Positions 17,984 through 27,456 are shown, numbered from the stretch's first letter. The stretch: DNA of 64,000 nucleotides from a virus (IMGVR_UViG_3300036987_000310:192001-256000); one strand, 5' to 3'. Notes: generated from the sequence alone by a model not told the origin. Program-made: numbers and translations.

Positions 17984-18346
17984 CTACGCGCGGTTGCCGA
18001 AGTTCTCGCGCGCGTCGTCGACGTGGTCGTCGTTGGTGTTGGCGCCGTTGGTGTTGGCGCCATAGTCTCGCGTCCCCGCTCCGGGCCGTTGGCGCCGTTG
18101 CCTCATGTTGTCCGCGGGCCTTGGGGCGCCTACTGACCTGGCCGGTCGCATGTGCACGTACACGGGCGAGCCTTCTGTGTCCTCGTCCGGAATCGGACAA
18201 GAGCAATGCAGTTCCATCATTCCGAGCGGGATGGTGAAGTCAAGCATTTCGACGCCGCTTTGAGCGACTCTCAGCTTTGCTTGAAGCACCACTTGATTGA
18301 CGTTGGCGTACTTGTTTGGCGGGCCGCTTTTCTCAAAATTGTTCAT
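17984..18346 (-). CDS. hypothetical protein with low-complexity acidic C-terminus
   Basis: GAGGA SD; GANTN duplication. Confidence 0.65.
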   Translation of the reverse strand: MNNFEKSGPPNKYANVNQVVLQAKLRVAQSGVEMLDFTIPLGMMELHCSCPIPDEDTEGSPVYVHMRPARSVGAPRPADNMRQRRQRPGAGTRDYGANTNGANTNDDHVDDARENFGNRA

Positions 18347-18370
18347 TGAATCCTCTAACGAATTGTTGCT

Positions 18371-18754
18371 TTATTCCAACTGAATTTTTCCGACGTATCC
18401 TTCTTTATCGAGAGCCTCCGGAGTTGGTCGGCCGAGTTGTAGGCCGATGATTTCTGTCAGCACCATCGCATCATCGTCGCTTGTCAGGCGCAATTTTTCT
18501 CTGACGTATGAAGGGCTCAGAAATCCGTTTTTCGCGGTGAAAATTGCCGAGCCGCTGAGGACCCCATCGCCCAACAGAGACACCACCCATGAATTTTCTT
18601 GGCACCCAAGAAGTTTGCAAGCGGAGGCGGGGACCCTGGCGAATGACATGACGTACCTCGTTCCATTCCCTGGCTGGTACTCCATTATTTTACAATACGG
18701 AGCCGGATCGTCGACAATCCATTTTATGGCTTCTTGTATTTCTTTGGTTCTCAT
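18371..18754 (-). CDS. hypothetical protein
   Basis: GAGGTGA SD, 127 aa. Confidence 0.7.
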   Translation of the reverse strand: MRTKEIQEAIKWIVDDPAPYCKIMEYQPGNGTRYVMSFARVPASACKLLGCQENSWVVSLLGDGVLSGSAIFTAKNGFLSPSYVREKLRLTSDDDAMVLTEIIGLQLGRPTPEALDKEGYVGKIQLE

Positions 18755-18766
18755 TTCGTCACCTCT

Positions 18767-18997
18767 TTAAAAGTCGTGAATTTCCAAAGCCATCGACTGA
18801 AACGTCAGCCAGGCGTCGCGGTCCACCTCGTGCGGGTGCGGCGCGTTCCAACATTTGTCGCACCACGTCAGCAAGTACAGGGCGCCGGGCTCGATTTCCG
18901 CCGTCCAGTGCGTCGCTTTCCCACGGCAGGTGTCGCACTCGTCCGACCTGATTGCAATCATCGCCTTGACCTCGCCATTGTCAGTTCTGACAATCAT
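18767..18997 (-). CDS. small zinc-finger protein (family A) with C-terminal tag
   Basis: CDTC..KATHW...CDKCW...EVDRDAW...ALEIHDF*. Confidence 0.75.
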   Translation of the reverse strand: MIVRTDNGEVKAMIAIRSDECDTCRGKATHWTAEIEPGALYLLTWCDKCWNAPHPHEVDRDAWLTFQSMALEIHDF

Positions 18998-19284
18998 GTT
19001 TCGTGCACTTCTTTGAGCAAGACGTCTGGATGCGCAACTTCAGCCCAATACAATTTCGTGAGCTCGTCGAGATCCTTCCGACACTTGAACTCGCTGCTGT
19101 GAATCAATGAAATTAGCGTCACAATTCCGCCGCGAGTCTGCCCGGCAATTTTGACACAAGCCTCCCTGGTGTGCCAGTATTGATCCCAGCTATGTTTGAC
19201 TAGCCCGGCTTTCAAAATGCAAGCGGCCAGAGCGGGCAAGTTTCTCCGTGCTTCTTCAATCAGGGCATCATCGGCGTCGTTCAT
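18994..19284 (-). CDS. hypothetical protein with C-terminal tag
   Basis: ATGA-coupled; ends VLLKEVHET*. Confidence 0.75.
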   Translation of the reverse strand: MNDADDALIEEARRNLPALAACILKAGLVKHSWDQYWHTREACVKIAGQTRGGIVTLISLIHSSEFKCRKDLDELTKLYWAEVAHPDVLLKEVHET

Positions 19285-19613
19285 TTCTTTCCCTTCTTGG
19301 CCAGTTCTCTCATGTGGGCTCGTGCTGCCTTGACGCAGGCTCCCCACACCTTCAGAGCGTCGTCCTCGTTGTCGGCGTACACGTAGTGTCGGAATTCTTC
19401 CGTGTCCCCGTATCCCGAAAACACTGACTTGTCAGACGGGCAACGCATCGCCATGCCAAACCCGAATTCGACGGCGGAATTCGTATCGTTATCGCCGAAA
19501 GTCGTCATTCCGGCATATCCCGGATGTTGGTCGAGGTATTCCCACTCGTTGCTTCCTAGTTTCTCAACGGCCGCGTCAAGCTTTTTCGAATAGTTGATTT
19601 CGCCCCGTTTCAT
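19281..19613 (-). CDS. hypothetical protein
   Basis: 110 aa, coupled. Confidence 0.65.
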   Translation of the reverse strand: MKRGEINYSKKLDAAVEKLGSNEWEYLDQHPGYAGMTTFGDNDTNSAVEFGFGMAMRCPSDKSVFSGYGDTEEFRHYVYADNEDDALKVWGACVKAARAHMRELAKKGKK

Positions 19614-20038
19614 TTCTCGTGAACTCCTTCCACGATCGACTCGCGGATTAGCTGGAATAGCTGGTTTTTCGTAAGTCCTCTGTCCATTAGGTCCGCGGCA
19701 GCCTTCTTGAAAGCTTCTTCCTTCTTTGTGCGCACTCGGCGCAGCAGCGCGCTCCGGCTTTTCTCGGCGCCGCTTTGAATCCTTTTGACAGCTGCTTCGA
19801 GCTCGCGAAGCTGTTGCGGGTCCTGCCGGGCTTTCTCCGCTGTCGAGAGAATCGTGAGAACGAGCTTATTGCTGTCAACGTGACTGGGCGCTGCGTGCTG
19901 CAGCTTGCCCAAAACATCTTCAGCTTTGTCCTCTGGGTAGAGCAGGAGCTTCACTGTGCATTCAGGTTCCAAAACAATTGTCACGCTCACCCTGCTCGAT
20001 CCATCCAGCCAAAGCTTTCCGCTAATCTTGTGCGACAT
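19610..20038 (-). CDS. hypothetical protein with helical-hairpin tail and C-terminal tag
   Basis: ends GLTKNQLFQLIRESIVEGVHEK*. Confidence 0.75.
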   Translation of the reverse strand: MSHKISGKLWLDGSSRVSVTIVLEPECTVKLLLYPEDKAEDVLGKLQHAAPSHVDSNKLVLTILSTAEKARQDPQQLRELEAAVKRIQSGAEKSRSALLRRVRTKKEEAFKKAAADLMDRGLTKNQLFQLIRESIVEGVHEK

Positions 20039-20603
20039 TGCCGGGACTCCTTCTTCCCCTGTCCGATACGCGCACAATCGGCCGAGCTGCGCCGTGATTC
20101 AGGAGTGGCCACCCGCCTTCGAGGTCGTCAATCAGGGATCCGGCTGCCTGCCTGTCGATCATTCTGCTCAGCACGTAGTTTCGATTAAATGGAACGCCAA
20201 AGTACTCGCGCTCGTCCAACCACGTTCCAATTACGCGATCTGGCAGTTGGCGGCGCCGGGCGCAGACCTTTGAGCGCATCGTGACGTCCACCACTTTTCC
20301 ACCGATCTCCAGCCATCCGTGCAGCACCGGCAGCACTGCGTGCACGCAGTATCCCTCCACGTATGTGAATCGAGACTCTGGGTCCATTGTTGCCAAAATT
20401 ATTTGGCTGTTGTAGTAGCATTGCTTGATCGGAAATCTGCCGCGACGCAAAACCCGCATGACATAAGCCGTCTCGTTCTTCGTCAATTCTTGCGACAAAG
20501 TTGGGCGGCCCTCGCGAAGCACGTACCCCTCAAAGGAATCCGGGCGTCCCATCTGGTCGGCCATCCATTTCATTTGCTCGAGATATTGACGCAGCTCATT
20601 CAT
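20022..20603 (-). CDS. transglutaminase/papain-like fold protein (putative Cys-His-Asp triad)
   Basis: QCYYNS...YVEGY...VLHGW...VVDVT. Confidence 0.6.
   Translation of the reverse strand: MNELRQYLEQMKWMADQMGRPDSFEGYVLREGRPTLSQELTKNETAYVMRVLRRGRFPIKQCYYNSQIILATMDPESRFTYVEGYCVHAVLPVLHGWLEIGGKVVDVTMRSKVCARRRQLPDRVIGTWLDEREYFGVPFNRNYVLSRMIDRQAAGSLIDDLEGGWPLLNHGAARPIVRVSDRGRRSPGNVAQD
20066..20090 (-). promoter_or_regulatory. promoter-like motif GCAGCT-N13-GCGTAT
   Basis: upstream of 19610..20038. Confidence 0.7.
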
Positions 20604-20917
20604 GGCCGAAACCACAGTGACGCGACACCCAAATTTTGGGCATTTTCTGACACGAGCAGCGCGTTTCCGAAAGCCACCATGTGCAGCGAGCACTGGGAAC
20701 ATGTGACACGCTTTCCATGGTCCAGCTTCTCGACATTGGCGTTGCACCGGGGACACCGTGCGCCAACTTCTTCCTTGACGATGCAAGACGGGTCGATTCG
20801 GCTTCGAAGCGTGGCGAGCACAACGTATCGATTGCGCGGAAGCCGTTCGACGCAGGAATCGCTGGTCGCAACAAATTTCCCCGGCATGAACGCTGGGGCA
20901 ATTCTGTAATCGTTCAT
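20600..20917 (-). CDS. CxxC/CxxC protein
   Basis: CPRC...CSQC; coupled. Confidence 0.65.
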   Translation of the reverse strand: MNDYRIAPAFMPGKFVATSDSCVERLPRNRYVVLATLRSRIDPSCIVKEEVGARCPRCNANVEKLDHGKRVTCSQCSLHMVAFGNALLVSENAQNLGVASLWFRP

Positions 20918-21477
20918 GATAGCGTGACCTCCGCGACCTGAATCAGGTCCTCTAGCTCTTGCTCAGTTTCGGGAACTGTTTTGTGAGTCAGGAGTTGGCA
21001 CACGAGGCCGAACTTGGACGTTTTCGGCAGCTTGTTGACCAGTTCTTGCACGGACATCGTGCGAGTTGTTCTCAAGTCTTCTATATAGAAGCCTGCAGCT
21101 TGCACCAGCTCTCTGATGGACAACCGTTTTTCGTTGTCCAAAATCAAGTCCCTTGACCTAGACCGGCAAATGAACTCGTTAACCAGCTCTTTCGGGATCG
21201 GGCGCGTTTTAGCACATTTGCGCTCGTACGACATTGCCAGTTTGGCAAGGCTCTCAGTAACGCGACCTCCAAACTTCGGATTCATGCGCCTTTCAAGATA
21301 GCGGCGCACAGCTTCGGTCGGATCGCATTGGGGGCAGTTTGCGACGTGATTTTTGACAATTGGATACAGAATGATGTTGTCCACCATGAACTGACTTACC
21401 GGGCCAGTCTTGTCTGTTTTGAAGTGTCCGTTCTTGCCATGCCCGTCGCCTTTGACTGTGATGACGCAGTCGAACAT
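20914..21477 (-). CDS. hypothetical protein (near-tag ending)
   Basis: CPQC; ends LIQVAEVTLS*. Confidence 0.7.
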   Translation of the reverse strand: MFDCVITVKGDGHGKNGHFKTDKTGPVSQFMVDNIILYPIVKNHVANCPQCDPTEAVRRYLERRMNPKFGGRVTESLAKLAMSYERKCAKTRPIPKELVNEFICRSRSRDLILDNEKRLSIRELVQAAGFYIEDLRTTRTMSVQELVNKLPKTSKFGLVCQLLTHKTVPETEQELEDLIQVAEVTLS

Positions 21478-21497
21478 TCAGTCACCTCCGCCGCCCG

Positions 21498-21522
21498 ATA
21501 CTCGCGATCGCTGCGAGTTTGC
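21498..21522 (-). promoter_or_regulatory. promoter-like motif GCAAAC-N13-GAGTAT
   Basis: followed by GGAGGTGA SD of 20914..21477. Confidence 0.7.
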
Positions 21523-21581
21523 AACTTCATTCAGTCGTCATGGACTTGTGCTTGCACGGCGGCAAGACTCGCTTGAAACCT

Positions 21582-22109
21582 TCAAGCCTCCTGCACCGAT
21601 TTGATGAGCTTGACCCGGTCACGATATAGCGAATCGTGTTGCAGTTCGTACCGGATGTCGAGGCACTGGGATAGCTTCGCCCAGAATCGAAGCTTCTGCG
21701 CAGTCTTCCCATTCTTGACCACTTTCCATGTGATGGAATCGTAGTCTTTGTCGTCCTTGAGCGCCGATTTGCTGAAAGCCCTGATGTAGACCCGGTCGCA
21801 TTCGAGCACCAGGCCGGCCGGCAGCGAAACTTGAGCTCGTTTGAGGGATCCGCCATAGCGCTGGCCGGGAGGCGGATCCTCGTACACGCTCCACTGCCTC
21901 GACTCCGGGTCGATCAGTCCGAGAGCCTTAGCAAAGTTGAGGTTTCGCCTCTCGAAATAGAGCGTGAATTCCCAAGGCGCGGCAAGCACGAGCCTGTCGC
22001 CACATGCGGGGATGAACAGCCGCTGCTTGTCAGTCAAGTTGTCGAAGGCCACTGTCAACTTGCTCAGATCAACTGTTGCGGACTTTGCTTCCTTCTTTGC
22101 TTTTGCCAT
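21582..22109 (-). CDS. hypothetical protein with C-terminal tag
   Basis: ends VKLIKSVQEA*. Confidence 0.8.
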   Translation of the reverse strand: MAKAKKEAKSATVDLSKLTVAFDNLTDKQRLFIPACGDRLVLAAPWEFTLYFERRNLNFAKALGLIDPESRQWSVYEDPPPGQRYGGSLKRAQVSLPAGLVLECDRVYIRAFSKSALKDDKDYDSITWKVVKNGKTAQKLRFWAKLSQCLDIRYELQHDSLYRDRVKLIKSVQEA

Positions 22110-22490
22110 TCATGCCTCCATCACGTTTTCCATGATCAATTCGTCCAAGGCTGATTGCAAATCGTCCAAATGCGCGTATGGCTTGCCTTCTCCGAAGGCA
22201 CATGACCCGTCCACGACTCGAAGGTTCTGCCCGAGCTCCAACACCCATACGCGCATTCGGGTCCCCACGTCGTCGTCAATATACTGGGCGCTATCCACCC
22301 ATCTGATGGAAAACTGGTTCTCGCCAACGCGCAGCGGGGTGCCGCTTTTGAACTCGAGGGACCTATCTTGGCGCGACCATCGCCTCAACCGGTTCCAAAG
22401 CCGATTCCACCCTTCCACCACTTCAGGACGGACGCACTCTGGAATCGTGGAAGGCGTGTGATACGGCCGGACGCCAGATCTTTTCCTCAT
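22110..22490 (-). CDS. hypothetical protein with C-terminal tag
   Basis: ends LIMENVMEA*. Confidence 0.75.
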   Translation of the reverse strand: MRKRSGVRPYHTPSTIPECVRPEVVEGWNRLWNRLRRWSRQDRSLEFKSGTPLRVGENQFSIRWVDSAQYIDDDVGTRMRVWVLELGQNLRVVDGSCAFGEGKPYAHLDDLQSALDELIMENVMEA

Positions 22491-22861
22491 GTTTCATGAA
22501 CCTCTCTCACCGAGTTCAGCTCGTCTGCAATCTTGCAAGCTTCAGAATAGCTGTCGGCCTCGTTGACGACAGCGTCGTCGCATTTGACTGTTGTGGACAG
22601 GGCTCGGTACCAACCCGAGGCGTCTTGCAACACAAGCCAGGGCTTGGACGCACGGCGCGGATCCTCGTGTTTGCCATACTGCTTTTTGGTGATGATCAAG
22701 AGTTTTGCCGACCTCACGATTGCCGTCGGCCCAAAACCGTCAAATTTGACGCGACAAATTAAGGATGTCGTGCCTGTGGTTTTGCCCCATCTGTCTTTTG
22801 AGCAAGTGACTGATGCAGACGGGTCTTCTTTCACCAAAAAGACGTATCTCACTCGCATCAC
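22487..22861 (-). CDS. hypothetical protein with C-terminal tag
   Basis: GGAGGTGA SD; ends NSVREVHET*. Confidence 0.75.
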   Translation of the reverse strand: MMRVRYVFLVKEDPSASVTCSKDRWGKTTGTTSLICRVKFDGFGPTAIVRSAKLLIITKKQYGKHEDPRRASKPWLVLQDASGWYRALSTTVKCDDAVVNEADSYSEACKIADELNSVREVHET

Positions 22862-22930
22862 CTCCTCAGTCCAGATGCATGCTCCTATCAGTTGCCCGTT
22901 CGAGTGTCACTTTCACGATTCGAATGATCA

Positions 22931-23227
22931 TCATGCTCCTCGGTTCACTGGCTTCGGCCCAAGCATTGGGCACTCGCCCGGAACATCTTCAGGAATTGGG
23001 GGCGCACGCTGGACGTTGACATGCAGTTCTACCCCATCGCCTTCGTCTTCCATCGTCGTCATGATGCCGTACGTGGAAACCACGTACTCGTTTCCGTTGG
23101 AAAGCATGGTGACTACAATCGAAGCGGAGTGACTGACGCCTTCGGCTTCCTGCTTGTCCATGAATTCCTGAAACCTTCGCGCGAACTTCCACGCTGTGGC
23201 ATCGGCATCGGATCGTGTTTTCCTCAT
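22931..23227 (-). CDS. hypothetical protein
   Basis: GGGAG SD before MRKTRS. Confidence 0.6.
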   Translation of the reverse strand: MRKTRSDADATAWKFARRFQEFMDKQEAEGVSHSASIVVTMLSNGNEYVVSTYGIMTTMEDEGDGVELHVNVQRAPPIPEDVPGECPMLGPKPVNRGA

Positions 23228-23304
23228 TCGTAGCTCCCTTCGCACGCGTGTTGGGTCCAGACCGCGATCGGATACCCACGCGAGTCGCGCAATTCCGCCG
23301 GCCT

Positions 23305-24090
23305 TCAGACCACGTGCTTCCACTTTTGACCACTTCGTATACCGCGAACCAAAGCGTTGCTTACGCCGAAAAGCTCGGCAATTTTTCGTGTTCCGAGACC
23401 AGTCATGCTCCGTATTTGACGAATGTCTTCATCATGAAGTTTTGAACCCCGTCTGTCTGACCCGATGGCATTTTCTAAATATGGAGGTCTGACCCCACGA
23501 GCTTTCGAATTTCTGCTTAGCAGCTCGGCCACACATTCATCGCTGCATACTTTCGTTGGTCTGTTTGAAAACTTAGCAAACTGGGACCCGCACACAACAC
23601 ATGTAGCTGGCTTGGCGGGTATGTACTCGTGCTCTATTCCAGCTTTTACTGCCAAGCCGTGCATGAACTGAGAAGGGACATTCGAGTACAGACCATCGGT
23701 CAGTTTGGACTGAATAAAATAAACGTCATTGTTCTTCGGCGAAACATGAAGAACGAGCACGGGCATTTTCATGGCTTCGACGAACCACATCTTCGTCGCC
23801 ATCTTTTTGGCAACAGCAGAGGTTATCTCAATGAGGAAGCGTTGCCCGTCTCGGCTAGCCACTGCGTCTATCGGGAAACTATGAGAATTTTCTGATAACC
23901 AGAATATGTCGCTGAACCCTTCTTTCGGAAGGATTGTGTGGACAGCACGCTGCTCGACAGTGCGTCCGGCGTTTGTTTTATCGGACGGCGATGCACCAGA
24001 CTGGACAGCATAGCCCCACACTTCTCCGTGCAGCCACCGTTCGAACTTACACCATTTTTTGATTTTGTCGAGTGATTCCGGAGTGCTCAT
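23305..24090 (-). CDS. PD-(D/E)xK-type endonuclease with Zn motif and C-terminal HTH (homing-endonuclease-like)
   Basis: PIDAVASRDGQRFLIEIT; CVVCG...VCSDEC; TRKIAELFGVSNALVRGIRSGQKW. Confidence 0.65.
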   Translation of the reverse strand: MSTPESLDKIKKWCKFERWLHGEVWGYAVQSGASPSDKTNAGRTVEQRAVHTILPKEGFSDIFWLSENSHSFPIDAVASRDGQRFLIEITSAVAKKMATKMWFVEAMKMPVLVLHVSPKNNDVYFIQSKLTDGLYSNVPSQFMHGLAVKAGIEHEYIPAKPATCVVCGSQFAKFSNRPTKVCSDECVAELLSRNSKARGVRPPYLENAIGSDRRGSKLHDEDIRQIRSMTGLGTRKIAELFGVSNALVRGIRSGQKWKHVV

Positions 24091-24113
24091 ATGAGCACTC
24101 CGGTATTAAAGAC

Positions 24114-25328
24114 TCATTCATGATCGCGTGTCGCCACATAGCTCGCACATTTGGGGAGGCCATCGTCCGTCATGTCTGCAAAGCGGTACGTGATGGTCGA
24201 GCCGATCGCCGGAGGGTTCTCCCGATCCTTGGCAGTCAGTCCGGTGCCGACGTTGAAGGTCTTGCCGTTCGGCATCCGAACAATCAGGCCGCCGGTCTTG
24301 CCCTTGTTCGCCTTCTTGCCAGCCTCATGCCCGATGACAACGGCCTCGGCATCCTGAAACGGCTTGAACTTCAACAGAGTGCTGGACCTTCGCGGCTCGT
24401 AGCGGCTTCCCGGCTTGCGAAACATGAGCCCCTCGGCTCCTGCGGCTGCCGCAGCCTTCAAACTGGCCTCTGCCTCTTGGCGGCTCTTGCACTCCGTGTG
24501 CGAATGAGCGTAGGCGTACTTCATGCTGGACATTCCGCAAAGGTGTGTCAGACGCTGCTCGAATCCCCCGGGGAAATTCGGGGCGTCGAACATGACGAAT
24601 CGGACCTGCTCCCAGGCACGGCCGGAACCGGCGCTCTTAACAACCGAGATGGTCTTCTGGAACATCTTGCGGCCCATCCACAACTCCCCGTCGAGAGGCT
24701 CCTGCGGCAGCCCGGCGGTGAAGAATCCGGGCGCGGCGTAGACGTTGCCTTGTCTTGAGATGAACACCTCGCCGTTCCAATAGGCCCGCACGCCGTCGAG
24801 CTTTTCAGACTCCAGCCACCCGGTCGGGTCGAAATCGTCCTCGACCGTGTTCGCCAGAAGTACAGGCGGTCCGAACAAATCGGTCTTTTCGTCCTGGCGG
24901 AGCTTTCGTCCCTTGCGGGCCTCTTCTTCGGCCACGATGGCGGCTTTCTCCTCCTCGGAAAAGGGGATGAACCCGCCAAATTTGTTGACCCGCCGCGCCT
25001 TGTCGCGCGCCGCTGCCCCGCTCTGGCCCGTCGCGGGGTTGCCGCGCGCCTCGCCGGACCGGGCAGCTACCTCGGCCACTGCCGGAGCGGCGAGCACGTC
25101 CGTGCCACCTCCGGACGCCGCAGCTGGCTTGCCTCCAGTGCGGGCATCTTCAACCGCTTGGCCTCGCTGTGCAATGATATGTTTGCACGTGCGAAGATCG
25201 ATTGGTTTGCTCTGTCGGGTCCAGGCCGGGCACGAGCAGCTATATACCTCTCCGCGCCGGAGCAGCTTGTAGGGCTTGGCCCCGGAACCTTGAACATATC
25301 GGATTTCGCCGTCTTGCCAGTCAGACAT
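24114..25328 (-). CDS. lig: ATP-dependent DNA ligase with N-terminal SWIM zinc finger
   Basis: SEKLDGVRA (KxDG), LDGELW, EGLMFRK, LLKFK motifs plus OB fold; N-terminal YSCSCPAW...CKH. Confidence 0.95.
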   Translation of the reverse strand: MSDWQDGEIRYVQGSGAKPYKLLRRGEVYSCSCPAWTRQSKPIDLRTCKHIIAQRGQAVEDARTGGKPAAASGGGTDVLAAPAVAEVAARSGEARGNPATGQSGAAARDKARRVNKFGGFIPFSEEEKAAIVAEEEARKGRKLRQDEKTDLFGPPVLLANTVEDDFDPTGWLESEKLDGVRAYWNGEVFISRQGNVYAAPGFFTAGLPQEPLDGELWMGRKMFQKTISVVKSAGSGRAWEQVRFVMFDAPNFPGGFEQRLTHLCGMSSMKYAYAHSHTECKSRQEAEASLKAAAAAGAEGLMFRKPGSRYEPRRSSTLLKFKPFQDAEAVVIGHEAGKKANKGKTGGLIVRMPNGKTFNVGTGLTAKDRENPPAIGSTITYRFADMTDDGLPKCASYVATRDHE

Positions 25329-25476
25329 TTGTCACCTCATTCGAGTCGTCTTTCGCCTTATTGACGGCGAAAGACGCTGCTTCAAGTTCCTGAGTCAACC
25401 GTTCCTGCCAAGTCTTGCGCAACTCTTTAGACTCTAGGCGTTCATCGGTCAATTCCACGATAGTGCAAGTCTTCAT
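25321..25476 (-). CDS. 51-aa hypothetical protein
   Basis: hand-translated; GAGGTGA SD; overlaps the ligase start. Confidence 0.55.
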   Translation of the reverse strand: MKTCTIVELTDERLESKELRKTWQERLTQELEAASFAVNKAKDDSNEVTNV

Positions 25477-25497
25477 ATTTGTCACCTCTCGCGTCCG

Positions 25498-25522
25498 ATA
25501 CGCGGCGCGCGGCCCGATCGTC
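25498..25522 (-). promoter_or_regulatory. promoter-like motif GACGAT-N13-GCGTAT
   Basis: heads the ligase unit. Confidence 0.6.
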
Positions 25523-25600
25523 GCTCGGCCTCAGGTTGCATGCTCTGTTTGGCAGGATTTCAGGCGTTTGGCGACATCAGACTCGGTACCGAAGAACATC

Positions 25601-25656
25601 AGCGTCATGACCGTCCAGTTCGACACAGAAGCATTGAACTGGACGGTCATGACGCT
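25601..25656. repeat. perfect 21-bp inverted repeat (14-nt loop)
   Basis: AGCGTCATGACCGTCCAGTTC / GAACTGGACGGTCATGACGCT. Confidence 0.9.
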
Positions 25657-26081
25657 TGCACCTCCTCCACTAACTCTTCCAACACCGCCGTGACGGCCAG
25701 CCCCCTGATTTTGGCCACCACATGCGGCGGAAACAGCTCGACATCCCCGATCCACTCCCACAAAACCCTGTGTTGCATCGCGCCCATCAACGCTCCCTGC
25801 GGGTCGCAGAGGAACGTGGGAACATGGACGTCCAGCCCGGCATCATGCAAGAATGGCTCGAGTTTCATGGTGATGTTGATGAATGTTGAGCTGACTGTCG
25901 GGACGCGGTGTGGGGCGAAGAGTAAATGGTTGTCTGTTTCTTTGACTCGCGAAATTTTGAATTTGGCCCGGCTCCAAGCCGAAGCCAAATGTTGGCTCAA
26001 ATAATCTTTTTGAGCTTGATATAAACTGAGCCGGGCGTTGTCGAATTGGTCCTGGATGACCTGGTATTCACGCTTGGTCAT
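25647..26081 (-). CDS. hypothetical protein with C-terminal tag
   Basis: ends ELVEEVQAS*. Confidence 0.75.
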   Translation of the reverse strand: MTKREYQVIQDQFDNARLSLYQAQKDYLSQHLASAWSRAKFKISRVKETDNHLLFAPHRVPTVSSTFINITMKLEPFLHDAGLDVHVPTFLCDPQGALMGAMQHRVLWEWIGDVELFPPHVVAKIRGLAVTAVLEELVEEVQAS

Positions 26082-26443
26082 GACGCTTGCACCCCCATCA
26101 CGAGCAAGTCTGGGCGATGCTCTTGGAGCAGCTTCTCAAGAAGCTCTGCTGGGTCTTCGCGCCAGAACGTCAGGTTCAGATACCCTCCGTTGCCTTTGTG
26201 CCAGGTCACCCAGACGTCCCCGCCTCCGGCAGCTTCCCACCCTTGCAGAAAACATCGGTTTGGGTAGCTCATTTCCCAGTTTTCTGTCTTCTTGGACCAG
26301 GAGTTGTTCTGGTTTGCTCCATCAGAAAACAGTGCCGCCTCGCCCACGATGGAGCGAAACTCGCCGATCTTCTTGAGCCCAGTCGTGCAGAAAATTAGCC
26401 AGACGAGGTCCTGCGCCTTCTTGGAAGCATCGTTCACTTTCAT
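26078..26443 (-). CDS. hypothetical protein with C-terminal tag
   Basis: GGAGGA SD; ends LLVMGVQAS*. Confidence 0.75.
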   Translation of the reverse strand: MKVNDASKKAQDLVWLIFCTTGLKKIGEFRSIVGEAALFSDGANQNNSWSKKTENWEMSYPNRCFLQGWEAAGGGDVWVTWHKGNGGYLNLTFWREDPAELLEKLLQEHRPDLLVMGVQAS

Positions 26444-26447
26444 GTCA

Positions 26448-26678
26448 TTAGTCCTCCAGCTCGGGGTGGTCTTGCAGAAAGAGAGCACCATCGGCGCCAT
26501 ATCCCTCAGCGGAGGCGACTTCAGCGAGATTTCCCGGGAACCCACCTGGGTCGTTCATGAGGTCAGACGCCGAGTATTTTGTGCCGTTGATTACCCACCC
26601 GTAATCGTCCGGGTCTCCGCCGTTTGACCAGCCCACGACACTCGAAAATTCCAATTGTTCCTTCGTGATCTTCGGCAT
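26448..26678 (-). CDS. small acidic protein
   Basis: GAGGTGA SD and promoter motif. Confidence 0.7.
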   Translation of the reverse strand: MPKITKEQLEFSSVVGWSNGGDPDDYGWVINGTKYSASDLMNDPGGFPGNLAEVASAEGYGADGALFLQDHPELED

Positions 26679-26695
26679 TTGTCACCTCTTGGTCG

Positions 26696-26720
26696 GTACG
26701 CGCCGAGCGCGCGGATCTGC
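26696..26720 (-). promoter_or_regulatory. promoter-like motif GCAGAT-N13-GCGTAC
   Basis: upstream of 26448..26678. Confidence 0.7.
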
Positions 26721-26775
26721 GCAGCGCTTCAAAAGGTCTTAAGCTATGCGATACGGGCACATACGTCTTGAAGGA

Positions 26776-27018
26776 TCACTTGGTTTTTTGTTCTAGGTTT
26801 TTTGCTGCTTTAATGCAAGCGGCTGCAATGCGTCGCAATTGTTTGGCACTGAAATACCCGGTGGCGTCGACAGTCATGAACTTGTCGTTGGAGGTTATTG
26901 ATATCGCCACTGTGTCCACAACATCGCTTGAAACTTCATGGCTTGCTTGTTGAAGCGGTTCTCCAATTTCAAAGTTGGCGTGATCGTATGGGTCGCCAGC
27001 CACAGCACGAATTATCAT
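26776..27018 (-). CDS. hypothetical protein
   Basis: AAGGA SD, 80 aa. Confidence 0.55.
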   Translation of the reverse strand: MIIRAVAGDPYDHANFEIGEPLQQASHEVSSDVVDTVAISITSNDKFMTVDATGYFSAKQLRRIAAACIKAAKNLEQKTK

Positions 27019-27108
27019 TTTAACATCCTTCCTTGCACGGAAAATCGATCGCTCGGCTCATTTTGTCACTTTGATCATGACGGAACTCGTGGTGGTATTC
27101 ACGCTTGG

Positions 27109-27411
27109 TTATCTGGTATTTGCGGGCCTTGCGCGATCCCAAACCTGCTGCGTGAGCTTCCTGACTTTGGAGACGGAAGCCTCTTCGAACGATGGAAGCC
27201 AGCTTCCCTCCATCTCGACCGGCTCTGTCGTGTTCACAAACGCGTATGCGTTTCGAACCTCGGCAACGCTTTCTCGGTCGAACTGGACTTCGATCGAAAT
27301 TGGCGTCCTTTTCTTGCCTTCCACCGCTTCGGCTGCCACTTCGTAGCTGGCTACGAAGTGGGCTGATTCTGCTCGAAGCACAATCTTTTTCACCCGAATT
27401 GTTGCCGACAT
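27109..27411 (-). CDS. hypothetical protein
   Basis: GGAGGTGA SD. Confidence 0.7.
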   Translation of the reverse strand: MSATIRVKKIVLRAESAHFVASYEVAAEAVEGKKRTPISIEVQFDRESVAEVRNAYAFVNTTEPVEMEGSWLPSFEEASVSKVRKLTQQVWDRARPANTR

Positions 27412-27431
27412 TCCGTCACCTCCATGACCGA

Positions 27432-27456
27432 ATATGCGAGATCACGCCCGATCGCC
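27432..27456 (-). promoter_or_regulatory. variant promoter-like motif GGCGAT-N13-GCATAT
   Basis: upstream of 27109..27411. Confidence 0.45.

Noticed and set aside
25601-25656. Integron attC site
   Set aside because: No RYYYAAC/GTTRRRY core boxes or extrahelical bases, and no integron integrase is visible.
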